This document shows positions 34,950 through 47,112 of a stretch of DNA of 53,665 bases, in pieces; within the stretch, counting starts at the first letter, position 1; each line of letters starts with the position of its first letter. The notes under the pieces are model-generated. The model did not search any database, had not been told where the DNA came from, and saw only the letters and a list, made by a program, of their open reading frames with translations. The translations under genes were made by a program, and so were the position numbers. The DNA lies in NCBI GenBank assembly GCA_002269645.1, contig NIVC01004239.1, forward strand, positions 1 through 53,665. The letters run 5' to 3'. Source of the stretch: Macrostomum lignano (Eukaryota).

Positions 34950-37590
34950 TAGTAGGACCTTTATATATCATGTGTGCTCTTAGGCCTATAGGCTACCAAG
35001 TCTTAGCATAGCTTAGATTTTTTTCTAAATTGTTTTAATGCTTTTATAATAGAATAAGTCAAGTCAACTAATCAAAAACTAGTCACAAAGGGTAATAGTA
35101 TCCAATCCACTATCCGCTATTTGATATATATACAAGATATTGCCAAACTGATGTAAGTCTATTATTAACCAAAAGTAAATATCAAATAATTGCAGCACCA
35201 ATAGGTGATTGCTTTAACTTTAAAAAAGAACCCTTTTGGACTGAATGGTAATATTTGCAATTCTTTTATGCCCAATATTAGCCATCAATACTATCCTACT
35301 CCTACCTTTATAGCACTAGAGTAACATAGCAATATTGCAGTTCTTATAGGTCTGATACTATTTTCTAGTAGATATTGCTTAGTGCCTAGCCAACCATTTC
35401 AAGGCTTAGTTGGTTAATGTCAAAGCAAGGGCAACTAGTCTATGGTGATTGACAGCCAGATAACATAGAACAATATTATTATAAGTGCTAAAATAGTTTA
35501 GAGCAAGAAACCAATGGATTGCCTGAGTCTTAACTTTGAGAAAATATGCACATCAAATAAATAAGTTCTAAAAATGTATTGAATCATTTTATCTATTAGA
35601 AAAGTTGATACTTTAATGTTTTTAGCAGTAGTCTAGCAATTGCAAAATACTGTATTCTTTCTAGGCCCTATTTTAACTTTTAATATAATATAGATTGTAT
35701 AGGGACTCCTGCAAGTGAGTGAGATCTTAAAAGTTATTTTGCAGTATTTTTATTAAACTTTATAAATCCCACCTGGCTAACCTCTGAAAAGGCCTAAATA
35801 GAAAATACCTTGTCATTTTTTAAATTGTGTCAAGTAAAAAAGTTGCAAAACATTTTTACTTATTTGTAAGCATAAAATTTAAGGCCAAGCCTAAATATTC
35901 TGTCCATTATGTAGGCCTAAGCCAACTATAATCATTTTTTACTAAAATGTTATTTACAAAGAATATTTTCTTTATATTTCTTTATATTGAAATAATCAAT
36001 TTCTATATTCAATGTATCATTTTTGTTTTGTTTCTAGTTTTCTTAGAGTCATAGGAATCATAGTTAAAAATGGTATAGCATAGAACAAAAATTGGAGGAT
36101 GATCTATACCATTTATTTCTCCATGCTATTTCTATGTACTAACTTCTAAAAACTATATTTAACATATATAGAAATTAAACATTTACCAATGTATATTAGA
36201 TTGATAAGTTTTTTAATTATATATTTTATTAAAAAATTGCTAAAAATTGTGCAATATATGCATTAGCCACAATGAAGTCAGAGACCTTAGTGTGCATTAA
36301 AATTTTGTAAAAAATGTATTAAGGATTCTTTTTATATATCAAAATTGTCTATGGCAAAAGCACTTTTCTAACTATGATATGAATACAATAAATCTTACAA
36401 AATAGGGCATGGTTAAAAAAAATTCAGGCATAATTTATAAAAAGTCAAATCTAGGCCTTAGATACAATGTGCCAAATATTATTTTTCTTTTTTATGCAAT
36501 AGCCAATATTTTTTCTCCTGTTGTGGGTATAGTCTAATTCTAAATCAGGGGTTAGGCCCTAGCAACATTGTTAGAACAAGGGCCAAATAGCAAAATTTTT
36601 CAAGGGCTTAAAGGCCAATAACTGAAAGAATTAAAACACCACAGTTGCATCTTTTTAGTCTAAACAAATATTTTAAATTGACAGTGATCGAAATCTCATT
36701 TCATCCACACCATAAGAGATTCCTTCACTCCAAAACCTGTCTTGTTCTTTCTCTTCTCATTCCAAACCTAATTACTGCCTCCTAGAAACATTCAGACCTG
36801 TAGCCTATCTTTCACCATAAAATGCCAACATAAAACAGTGATGCAAAGAGAGAGGTCGGATGAAAGCCCAAGAGACTAGATGAAATGCTAGATCATTGAG
36901 GACCTTGGGGCTGCATTGGAAGGTTTGGGGGGCAGATTTAAGTACATACAATATAATAGTTGGCTGAGAATTAAAAACTGCAAATAATAATAGAGATGGA
37001 ATATTGGAAAAATTAATACATTGGCTCTGAATTTTGTATTGGCCCTTTGTATCAAACTTACCCTTTTGCTCAATTTTAAAAGGACAAAATCTGTTTTTTG
37101 TTAATATTGCAATTTTAGCAAGCTTTTTCTATAAAAAAGATGAAAATTCATAGTTTTTCATCTGCCTAATCAAAACTAATAATTTAATTTAATTGTTTTG
37201 CAAAGTGTTCATGTGCAAATAAACCTACCTTTTATTTAGATTTTTCCTTATTCATGAATAATAAATAGATTAGCAAGTCACAGGAAACTTACTCAAGTTT
37301 TTACAATTATATTGTTATAATTAAAAAGTATAATTAATAGAAGTATTGGCAGTGCATATTCTATGGTCAAAGTTTAACAAAAAAGCACATTGAGCTCTTT
37401 CTTGCTTGAGTCATAATGCCCTAACACTTAGCAAAAATCTAAATAATCTCAAGTACGTGTTGTTAGTCTCTTAATTTTTTTAGGTAGCAACGTATGAGTT
37501 TTACAATGCGTCACAGTGTTACAATAATGATTAGCACAAAAGCATTGATACTTCTGCTCCAGCCTAGCAGCATCTGATCATCTGTCAGCC

Positions 37591-40500
37591 ATGCCATCCG
37601 ACTCAGAATCCGACAAAGTTGAAGACGAAGAAGTCGAAGAGGAGGACGACGAGATCGACTCGGAAGAGCTCGAGGATCTCGAAGAGGACAACCAGCCGCC
37701 TTCGAAGCGGTCTCGGCAAGGTAAAAATTTGACCTCAGGTAGTTGCGATGTAGTCAAGCTTTACTGGACTTCTTCGGGAATCCCCTAATTTAGTTCAGGG
37801 TAGTCCCTGTTCTATTTTTAGCTCAGTCAATTGGCACCCTTTTTTTCTAAGCTAGATGCCATTTGATTTAATTTCTGTAGTTCTGTGACTCATATTTTAT
37901 TTTGGGTACATCAATAATTTTATAATTTTTGCGATTTTTGGGAGTTCAAAACTATCAAATTGCCAGATTTTGGAGTCTGTAAACTTTGCAATTTCTGTAG
38001 GTCAGAGAGGCTAAACAGTGGAATTTGTAGGGTAGACCTGTTGGTGTTTGATTAATTATTGATTTTTTACTGATGCCAGCTGACATCCCGGTTTTCAATT
38101 TGGCAACCCAGTGTCTGGACCCAGGAAGACAAAGGGAACCTGTGGAATCCTGTTCTGTTTTTAGCTATCATGTGGTGTGTTTTAATATGTCTGTACAAGT
38201 GAGAGAATTCCCTGTTCTATTTTTAGCCATCATGTGATGTGTTCTAGTATGTATGTACAATTGAGAGAATTCCCTGTTCTATTTTTAGCTTTTGTGTGCT
38301 GCTTTCTAATATGCATATATAGTTAAGGGAATCCTTGTTCTATTTTTAGCTAACTGGTTGTTTTCCACCATGTATGTACAATCGAGGGAATTCCCTGATC
38401 TATTAATAGCCTAAAATTTTCCGGCATGCAATCGCAATGCAAAAACAATTATGCAGGCGCATCGGGCTCTAGCCAGAGGAAGTCCAGCTCAGACAAGGGC
38501 AAGCGCAGACGCGGCGACAGTCGCAAGCAGTTCGATCCGCGCAGCTTCGTAGTCGATGAGGCCGACGTCGACGATGATGATGACGACGACGAAGATGAAG
38601 ACGGAGACGATCTCGGCCTGTTGGACGAGTCCAAGCTGGCCGCGGAGACGGCCAAGGAGTTTGAGGAGCGCCTGCGCTACAACAACGACGAACGATGGAA
38701 CAGCGAGAAGGACCGGTTCGACCCCGAGGAGGAGGAGGAGATTGAGAACTATTATCGCAACCGGTATTCGCGCGGCGCCGCCGGGGCGGAGCGATTCGGC
38801 CAGGGCGCACACATGGCTGACGAGATTAGCCAGCAGAGCAATCTACCTGGCGTCAAGGATCCCAACCTGTGGGTGGTCCGCTGCCAGGAGGGCGAGGAGA
38901 AGCAGGTTTGACTCTTTGTTGACTTGTTCTGATCTGGGCAGCTTATCTATGCATCTGTCTTTGTCTGTATAGTCTTTGTCCTATGAATTCTGGGTATGTA
39001 AAGTCTTTGTCCTATGTATGCTGGGTATGTATAGTCTATCTTGTGTATTCTAGGTATGTATAGTCTTTGTCCTATACATGCTGGGTATGTATAGTACTTG
39101 TCCTATACATGCTTGGTATGTATAGCCTTTGTCCTATGTATGCTGGGTATGTATAGTCTATCTTGTGTATTCTAGGTATGTATAGTCTTTGTCCTATACA
39201 TGCTGGGTATGTATAGTATGTATAGTACTTGTCATATACATGCTTGGTATGTATAGTCTTTGTCCTATACATGCTTGGTATGTATAGTATTTGTCCTATA
39301 CATGCTTGGTATGTATAGTCTTTGTCATATACATGCTGGGTATGTATAGTATTTGTCCTATACATGCTTGGTATGTATAGCCTTTGTCATATACATGCTG
39401 GGTATGTATAGTATTTGTCCTATACATGCTGGGTATGTATAGTATGTATAGTACTTGTCATATACATGCTTGGTATGTTTAGTCTTTATTCTATACATGC
39501 TGGGTATGTATAGCCTTTGTCATATACATGCTTGGTATGTATAGTATTTGTCCTATACATGCTTGGTATGTATAGTCTTTGTCATATACATGCTGGGTAT
39601 GTATAGTATTTGTCCTATACATGCTTGGTATGTATAGTCTTTGTCATATACATGCTGGGTATGTATAGTATTTGTCCTATACATGCTTGGTATGTATAGT
39701 CTTTGTCATATACATGCTGGGTATGTATAGTATTTGTCCTATACATGCTTGGTATGTATAGTCTGTGTCCTATGTATGCTGAGTATGTATAGTCTTTGTC
39801 CTATGTATGCTGAGTATGTATAGTCTTTGTCCTATGTATGCTGAGTATGTATAGTCTTTGTCCTATGTATGCTGAGTATGTATAGTCTTTGTCCTATGTA
39901 TGCTGAGTATGTATAGTCTTTGTCCTATGTATGCTGAGTATGTATAGTCTTTGTCCTATATATGCTGGGTATATATAGTCTGCCTGCCTTACTATTGTAA
40001 TTCAACCAGATTAACCGATCTTCAGCTATCCATATATAATTAATCTAGAATCCGTCTCACCTGTCAATCAATCCCATCGGCAGGTGGTGCTTAGCCTGAT
40101 GCGCAAGATGATCGCCTACCAGAATACGGACGAGCCGCTCCAGATAAAATCAGTGATCGCCAAGGACAATCTGAAAGGCTACGTGTACATTGAATCGTTC
40201 AAGCTCACGCACGTCAAGCAGGCTATTGAAGGCATCGGTGCGTTGAGCCGCGGCCGCTACCAGCAGCAGATGGTGCCCATCGGCGAGATGACCGACGTAC
40301 TTCGCGTTGTTAAAGACACAACGGCGCTTCGGCCCGGCCAGTGGGTTCGGCTTAAAACCGGCTTGTTTAAAGACGACCTGGCCAGGGTGTACGAAGTTCG
40401 AGAATCCATGAACCAGGTGGACCTGGTGCTGCTGCCGCGTATTGACTATAGCAGGAAGCGGGGAGTGCTGCGCGGCCAAGACAAGGACGCTGGCGGCGGG

Positions 40501-42063
40501 GAGCAGCAGGCGATGAATAAGAGGCGGTTCAAGCGGTTTCCTCAGGTGAGAGAGCTGGTTTGGATTACGTGCGCAAACCGTTGCGGGACGATGTGAGGAG
40601 CAAAAATGATTAAGAATGAACAACAGGCATTTTACTCAATGTACACAAGTGTAAGAGACGGCAAAAACTCAGTCTAGGGGGCAGGCCCGATCTAGCTCAG
40701 CCAATGAGAGAGCAGTAAGAAGAGAGGTCAAAGTCAGACGGACGAAACTCAGTCTAGGGGGCAGGTCCAATCTAGCCCAGCCAATGAGAGGGCAGTAAGA
40801 AGAGATGTCAAAGTCAGACGGACGAGACTCGGTCTAGGGGGCAGGTCCAATCTAGCCCAGCCAATGAGAGAGCAGTAAGAAGAGAGGTCAAAGTCAGACG
40901 GACGAAACTCAGTCTAGGGGGCAGGCCCGATCTAGCTCAGCCAATGAGAGAGCAGTAAGGAGAGAGGTCAAAGTCAGACGGACGAGACTCAGTCTAGAGG
41001 GTAGGCCCGATCTAGCTCAGCCAATGAGAGAGCATTAAGGAGAGATGTCAAAGTCGGACGAAACTCAGTCTAGGGGGCAGGCCCGATCTAGCCCAGCCAA
41101 TGAGAGAGCAGAAAGGAGAGAGGTCAAAGTCAGACAGAGGAGACTCAGTCTAGAGGGTAGGCCCGATCTAGCTCAGCCAATGAGAGAGCAGTAAGGAAGG
41201 AGAGATAAATTTCTCGGTTTCAAGTTTTCCTGCAGTCTGGACTCGGTAAAACAGGATGAAGATGCCAATATAATGGGTCTGCTTGTAGAAAACCAGAGGC
41301 GATTGTTGCCTCGAAAAGTTGAATAAGCTTTTAAATTTTTGTATTAGTATAAGGCAAAAACTTTAGATAAAGAGGTATTAAGCACATTTTGCGAGTTTCA
41401 CTTGTTTATTCTAGCATCGTTTGTGTTTTAGACTCACTGCGAAAGCTCGCTTACCTCCATCACCCTACCTGTCAAATCCTGTTGCTATGCAGGCCCTATT
41501 CGATCGCACCCGAATCCACGAGATTGGCGGCGAGACCAATCGAGAAGGCGACTACACAATATTCGAGGGTAACTATTACGACATCAAAGGCTTCTTGCGT
41601 AAGACATTCAAAATGAACGCCATCATTAGCGAAGGAGTGAAGCCGACTCTAACCGAACTGGAGAAGTTCCAGGCTACCCCAGACACCCCCGCTGGACTCG
41701 AGATGCTCAACGTGGGCTCCGGCAGTCGATCGGACTCGTCCGCCCACGCATTCGCTCCTGGCGACGTTGTTGAAGTTTGTGAAGGCGAACTCAAGGACCT
41801 TCAGGGACGGGTTATTCGGATTGAAGGTGACGAGGTCACCATACTGCCAAATCACGACGATCTCAAAGACCCGTTGCCGTTCCCGTCTAGCGAGCTGAGG
41901 AAGCACTTCAACCCAGGCAATCACGTCAAGGTTGGTTGGCTGCGGGCTTCGGGCTGCTTGAATTTGATCATCTGGGATGTGTTATCTGGACCCTCAGATT
42001 CACCCAGTGACCTGCTTCTGATCCCATTTCACCCTACCTCTCTCTAACCTTCTCTCTCCCCCT

Positions 42064-42150
<87 letters not shown>

Positions 42151-45100
42151 CCCTGTTCCCCTGTCACCTCCCTCTCACCCCTGTCACCTCCCTCTCACCC
42201 CTACCAGCCTCCCTCTCACCCCTACCAGCCTCCCTCTCTCCCCTACCAGCCTCCCTCTCTCCTCTATCACTCTCCCTCTCTCCCCTACCACCCTCCCTCT
42301 CACCCCTACCACCCTCCCTCTCTCCCCTACCACCCTCCCTCTCTCCCCTACCACCCTCCCTCTCTCCCCTACCACCCTCCCTCTCTCCCCTACCACCCTC
42401 CCTCTCTCCCCTACCACCCTCCCTCTCTCCCCTACCACCCTCCCTCTCTCCCCTACCACCCTCCCTCTCTCCCCTACCACCCTCCCTCTCTCCTCTATCG
42501 CCGTCTCTCCTGAAGTATCCCTCCCCCTTGCACTCACCCGGAATCCTTTCATCTGCCAACACAACGAGCAGTTCCTGTGAAAACTTGTTTGTTTTCCGTC
42601 TCTACGCACCGAACCTGACTGCCTCAATTTGACAGCCACAAATTAACTGCTAAACCCCAACCTAATTCGTCCGCAGTTGAGTAGTGCCAGTAAATAATAG
42701 CATGGAAAAAAACTACTATATAATTTTCAATATATCACTCCAGGCCATCGGCGGCCGTTTCGAAGGCGACACAGGCCTGGTGATTCGCGTAGACAACAGC
42801 GTAGCCATTGTCCTGTCCGACCTGACCTTCAACGAGTTCAAAGTGGCCGTGAAAGACCTTCAACTGTGCGCTGAGACTTCCACAGGCGTTGACCAGGCCG
42901 GGCACTACCAGATTGGGGACCTGGTGCAGATTGATCCGCAAACTGTTGGCGTGATCATCCGCCTAGAGAAGGAGCACTTCTCGCTGCTCACTATGCACGA
43001 CAAGGTCATCCGGGTGAAGCAGAACGCCCTGCTGCGCAGGCGGGACAATCGGCACGCCCAGGCGTTGGACGCTGACGGGCACCCGATCCAGCCCAAGGAG
43101 GTGGTCAAGATTGCCGAGGGACCGCACAGCGGCTACCAGGTTGGTTTCTTGCCGCCGATAGTGGTAAAGGGAGGGTAATAGGGGGGGATGGGTGATGATA
43201 GGGTAGATATGGTTAATAGGAGAGATAGGGATGATAGGGTGGATGGGAATGAAAGGGGAGACTGGGAGGGTGGTAAGGGAGAGAGGGAGGCTGGTAGGGG
43301 AGAGAGGGAGGCTGGTAGGGGAGAGGGAGGCTGGTAGGGGAGAGAGGGAGGCTGGTAGGGGAGAGAGGGAGGCTGGTAGGGGAGAGAGAGGGTGGTAGGG
43401 GACCATAAGAGATCCGTGAGCATTAGCATAATCCAACCCATTTCTTTAATCTCCAGGGTGAGGTCCGTCACATATTCCGCTCCTGGGCGTTCGTCTACTG
43501 CCGCACCCACTCTGAGAACGGCGGCATTGTGGTGGCGCGAACTCGACACCTGCAGCGGGCTGGCGGGGGCACCTCTGCCGCCCGGGTTGGCGGAGGCGGT
43601 GGAGGGCCGCCCAAGCCTCTGTCGCAGCCGTTTGCCAGCCCCATCCACCCCATGAGCGGCGGCGGCGGTGGCGTAAGCGCCCCAGCTATGGACACCGGCG
43701 GCCGCGGCAGAGGCTTCCGTTCTGCTTCGGCAGCCGCGGCGGCTGCGGCGGCGGCGGCCGACCGCGGCCTGATTGGCCAGACAGTCAGAGTGACGCAAGG
43801 TCATTTCAAGAATCACGTGGGCATTGTGAAGGACGTGATTGACAACACGGTACGGCTGGAGCTGCACTCCCAGTACAAGATGATCAGCGTTGATCGATCA
43901 CGAATCACCCCGGTGGACGGGCAGCGCCAGAACCGGCCGTCAGCCAGCACCTACGGCCGCACGCCGCTGCACGGCGCCCAGACTCCCGGCTACGGAATGG
44001 GCGGCGGCTCAGGTCGGACCCCGATGTACGGCGCCGGCGGCCAGACCCCGATTCACGACGGCTCCAGGACTCCGCACTACGGCAATATGACGCCTAGGGC
44101 CGAGGGCGGCGCCACTCCTGGCCATCCCGGCTCCGCCTGGGACCCGACTTCGGGAGCGACGCCCAGGCACCGCTTCGGGCCCGATTCGTTTGACTATGAC
44201 TACGAGATAGAGAGTCCGTCGGTGAGTCACTGCCTGCTAAGGTTGTGGGGATGCTGCTCAGTGACCAGCTGAGGGTGTGGGGATGGTGCGCAGTGACCAG
44301 CTGAGGGTGTGGGGATGGTGTTCAATGACCAGCTGAGGGTGTGGGGATGGTGCGCAGTGACCAGCTGAGGGTGTGGGGAATGCTGCTCAATGACCAGCTG
44401 AGGGTGTGGGGATGGTGCTCAGTGACCAGCTGAGGGTGTGGGGAACGCTGCTCAATGACCAGCTGAGGGTGTGGGGAATGCTGCCTAATGACCAGCTGAG
44501 GGTGTGGGGAATGCTGCTCAATGACCAGCTGAGGGTGTGGGGATGGTGCTCAGTGACCAGCTGAGGGTGTGGGGAACGCTGCTCAATGACCAGCTGAGGG
44601 TGTGGGGAATGCTGCTCAGTGACCAGCTGAGGGTGTGGGAAGCTATCAAGGAGTTTAGCCTGTGCTCCAAACAGGTGCTCACTTTCACCGTTTCTATCCC
44701 AGGTGTCCGCCGGTGCCCCGCTGACTCCAACGGCTCGCGGCATCACGGAGGCCTCGCCGATGTCTGGCTCTGACTTCAGCCCGTCGCCCGGCTTCAGCCC
44801 GCTGACCCCAGGCGGCCTGCCCTACACGCCGCACACTCCGGGTGGAGCTCTGCTGCACCAGAACTCCTCAGACGGTGTGGAATGGGTGACGCCCGACATT
44901 GTGGTGACAATCAGGGCCAGCTGCGAGGACGAATCGTTGCGCAATCTTGAGGGTCACGTGCGCGGCGTGTCGGGCCACCAGGCGAGCGTCTACCTGCCCG
45001 CTGAGAAGCGAGTCGTGTCGGTGAACGCACAGCACCTGACGCCGAGAGTGCCCGAGTCCGGCGACCGAGTGAAGGTGATCGCCGGCGAGGACCGGCACCA

Positions 45101-45224
45101 GACTGGCCAGTGCCTCAGTGTGGACACCAACGAAGGCGTCGTCAAGATCACCGAGGGACCGCTGAAGCTGCTCAACTTGAGCCTGCTGGCTAAGATGATC
45201 GACCAGGTTGACGCGGCGTCCTGA
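37591..45224 (+). CDS. SUPT5H: Transcription elongation factor SPT5 (DSIF large subunit), 1053 aa, 7 exons
   Basis: Exons 37591-37720, 38457-38905, 40084-40545, 41493-41930, 42744-43139, 43457-44221, 44703-45224 join in frame (3162 nt). Acidic N-terminus; LPGVKDPNLWVVRC and LKGYVYIES (NGN domain); KOW motifs such as LRPGQWVRLKTGLFKDDLA, FAPGDVVEVCEGEL and LIGQTVRVTQGHFKNHVGIVKD; CTR repeats GRTPMYG/GSRTPHYG. Confidence 0.96.
38150..38402. repeat. SPT5 intron-1 degenerate repeat of about 58-60 bp
   Basis: gagaattccctgttctatttttagc-type block recurs 4-5 times. Confidence 0.75.
38965..39985. repeat. SPT5 intron-2 minisatellite, 31-bp unit, about 32 copies
   Basis: Unit tatagtctttgtcctatacatgctgggtatg with variants. 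Confidence 0.95.
40665..41196. repeat. SPT5 intron-3 minisatellite, 80-bp unit, about 7 copies
   Basis: g[c/t]agg starts at 40681, 40761, 40841, 40921 and 41001. Confidence 0.95.
42066..42500. repeat. SPT5 intron 4: (CA)n and (CT)n microsatellites followed by a 21-bp pyrimidine-rich minisatellite
   Basis: Unit cccctacca[c/g]cctccctctct, about 15 copies from about 42160. Confidence 0.95.
43265..43401. repeat. SPT5 intron-5 21-bp purine-rich minisatellite, the reverse complement of the intron-4 unit
   Basis: Unit ggggagagagggaggctggta, about 6 copies. Confidence 0.95.
44245..44640. repeat. SPT5 intron-6 minisatellite, 32-33-bp unit, about 12 copies
   Basis: Unit tgaccagctgagggtgtgggga[a]tg[g/c]tgctca[g/a]. 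Confidence 0.95.
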
Positions 45225-45404
45225 GCATTAGACTCAACTTCTGCACCTGACCTAAAACAGAGGACTTTAGTTTCTGGGCCTGTGCATTGCTGTTGTTCTT
45301 TGTTGGGAGTTGCACTTTTCATGTGTCTGCATTGTTGAATTTCATTTTTATGTTGCTTAAAGATAAACTATTGCTTATTTCTGGTCTGGGTTAAAAAAAA
45401 ATCG

Positions 45405-46682
45405 TGCAGGCTAGATGAGGACAGTTCTCCCATTCAGATTGGATGGGGATAATTCTCCTATGCAGGCTAGATGAGGATAATTCTCCCATACAGGCTGGGT
45501 GAGGATAATTCTCCCATTCAGGCTAGATGAGGATAATTCTCAAATGCAGGCTAGATGAGGACAATTCTCCCATTTAGACTAATTGGGGATAATTCTCTCA
45601 TACAGGCTAGATGGGGATAATTCTCCCATGCAGGCTAGATGGGGATAATTCTCCCATGCAGGCTAGATGGGGATAATTCTCCCATGCAGGCTAGATGAGG
45701 ATAATTCTCCTATGCAGGCTAGATGAGGATAATTCTCCTATGCAGGCTAGATGAGGATAATTCTCCTATGCAGGCTAGATGAGGATAATTCTCCTATGCA
45801 GGCTAGATGAGGATAATTCTCCCATACAGGCTAGATGAGGATAATTCTCAAATGCAGGCTAGATGGGGATAATTCTCCCATGCAGGCTAGATGGGGATAA
45901 TTCTCCCATTCAGATTGGATGGGGATAATTCTCCTATGCAGGCTAGATGAGGATAATTCTCCTATGCAGGCTAGATGAGGATAATTCTCCTATGCAGGCT
46001 AGATGAGGATAATTCTCCCATACAGGCTAGATGAGGATAATTCTCAAATGCAGGCTAGATGAGGACAATTCTCCCATTTAGACTAATTGGGGATAATTCT
46101 CTCATACAGGCTAGATGGGGATAATTCTCCCATGCAGGCTAGATGGGGATAATTCTCCCATGCAGGCTAGATGGGGATAATTCTCCTATGCAGGCTAGAT
46201 GAGGATAATTCTCCTATGCAGGCTAGATGAGGATAATTCTCCCATACAGGCTAGATGGGGATAATTCTCCCATGCAGGCTAGATGGGGATAATTCTCCTA
46301 TGCAGGCTAGATGAGGATAATTCTCCCATGCAGGCTAGATGAGGATAATTCTCCCATGCAGGCTAGATGAGGATAATTCTCCCATGCAGGCTAGATGAGG
46401 ATAATTCTCCCATGCAGGCTAGATGGGGATAATTCTCCCATGCAGGCTAGATGAGGACAATTCTCCCATTTAGACTAATTGGGGATAATTCTCCCATACA
46501 TGCTAGATGGGGATAATTCTCCCATGCAGGCTAGATGAGGATAATTCTCCCATTTAGACTAATTGGGGATAATTCTCCAATACAGACTGGGTGAGAATAA
46601 TTCTCCCATTCAGACTTGATGGGATAATTCTCCAATACAGGCTGGGTGAGAATAATTCTCCCATTCAGACTAGATGGGGATA
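45405..46682. repeat. Intergenic satellite, 28-bp unit, about 45 copies
   Basis: Unit gcaggctagatg[a/g]ggataattctcc[c/t]at. Confidence 0.97.
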
Positions 46683-47112
46683 ATTAATCATTCAGAGTTC
46701 TAAACTTGGTTACGTGTGTGGTTTTTAATTTGTCGTCCCAGCAACACCCAGTGCTACATAAAATGGTAGGTTTCATCGTGCTGTTATTACATTATTCATA
46801 TATTGCGAGTCAAATTAGTAAGCGTGATCGTTCGAAAACAAATTTCAATTTCTATCATCTCACTCTACTACTGTTTGACTGAGGTTCAAGTAGTAGCATT
46901 AGTTTTAAAATATCGGAATGCTGTCTTATGAAAATTTGCTGTTTCAGAAAACAACAAATCATATTAGCTTGGTCAGCTCCTTATATAAACCTGTGTGTTC
47001 ACCAATATATGCATGAATATTGACTCCGGCATTCTGTTTAGCGTATTACCATTGAAACCTCAATGGCTGTGTTATTTTCTGACTTGACTTTACTTTACCA
47101 AACATTTAGATT

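Larger units (their letters stand above)
25221..36493. repeat. Segmental tandem triplication with a 3911-bp period: B1-A-linker-B2-A-linker-B3
   Basis: B copies at 25221-28670, 29132-32581 and 33043-36493. A copies at 28671-29121 and 32582-33032 are copies of 19028-19478. The 10-nt linker is agggactggc. The ORF track repeats with an offset of 3911. Confidence 0.97.

Noticed and set aside
40665-41196. 80-bp repeat as a CRISPR array or hammerhead ribozyme (contains ggacgaaac)
   Set aside because: No unique spacers, and it lies in a eukaryotic intron. The required CUGANGA core and stem II are absent.
42164-42639. Arg/Gly/Glu-rich ORFs (GRGEREG, ERGRVVG) and other antisense or overlapping ORFs in SPT5, CK1a and LicD
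   Set aside because: They are products of the 21-bp minisatellite or of GC-rich codons on the opposite strand.
45405-46682. 28-bp repeats as CRISPR direct repeats
   Set aside because: Head-to-tail units with no spacers, no cas genes, and a eukaryotic context.
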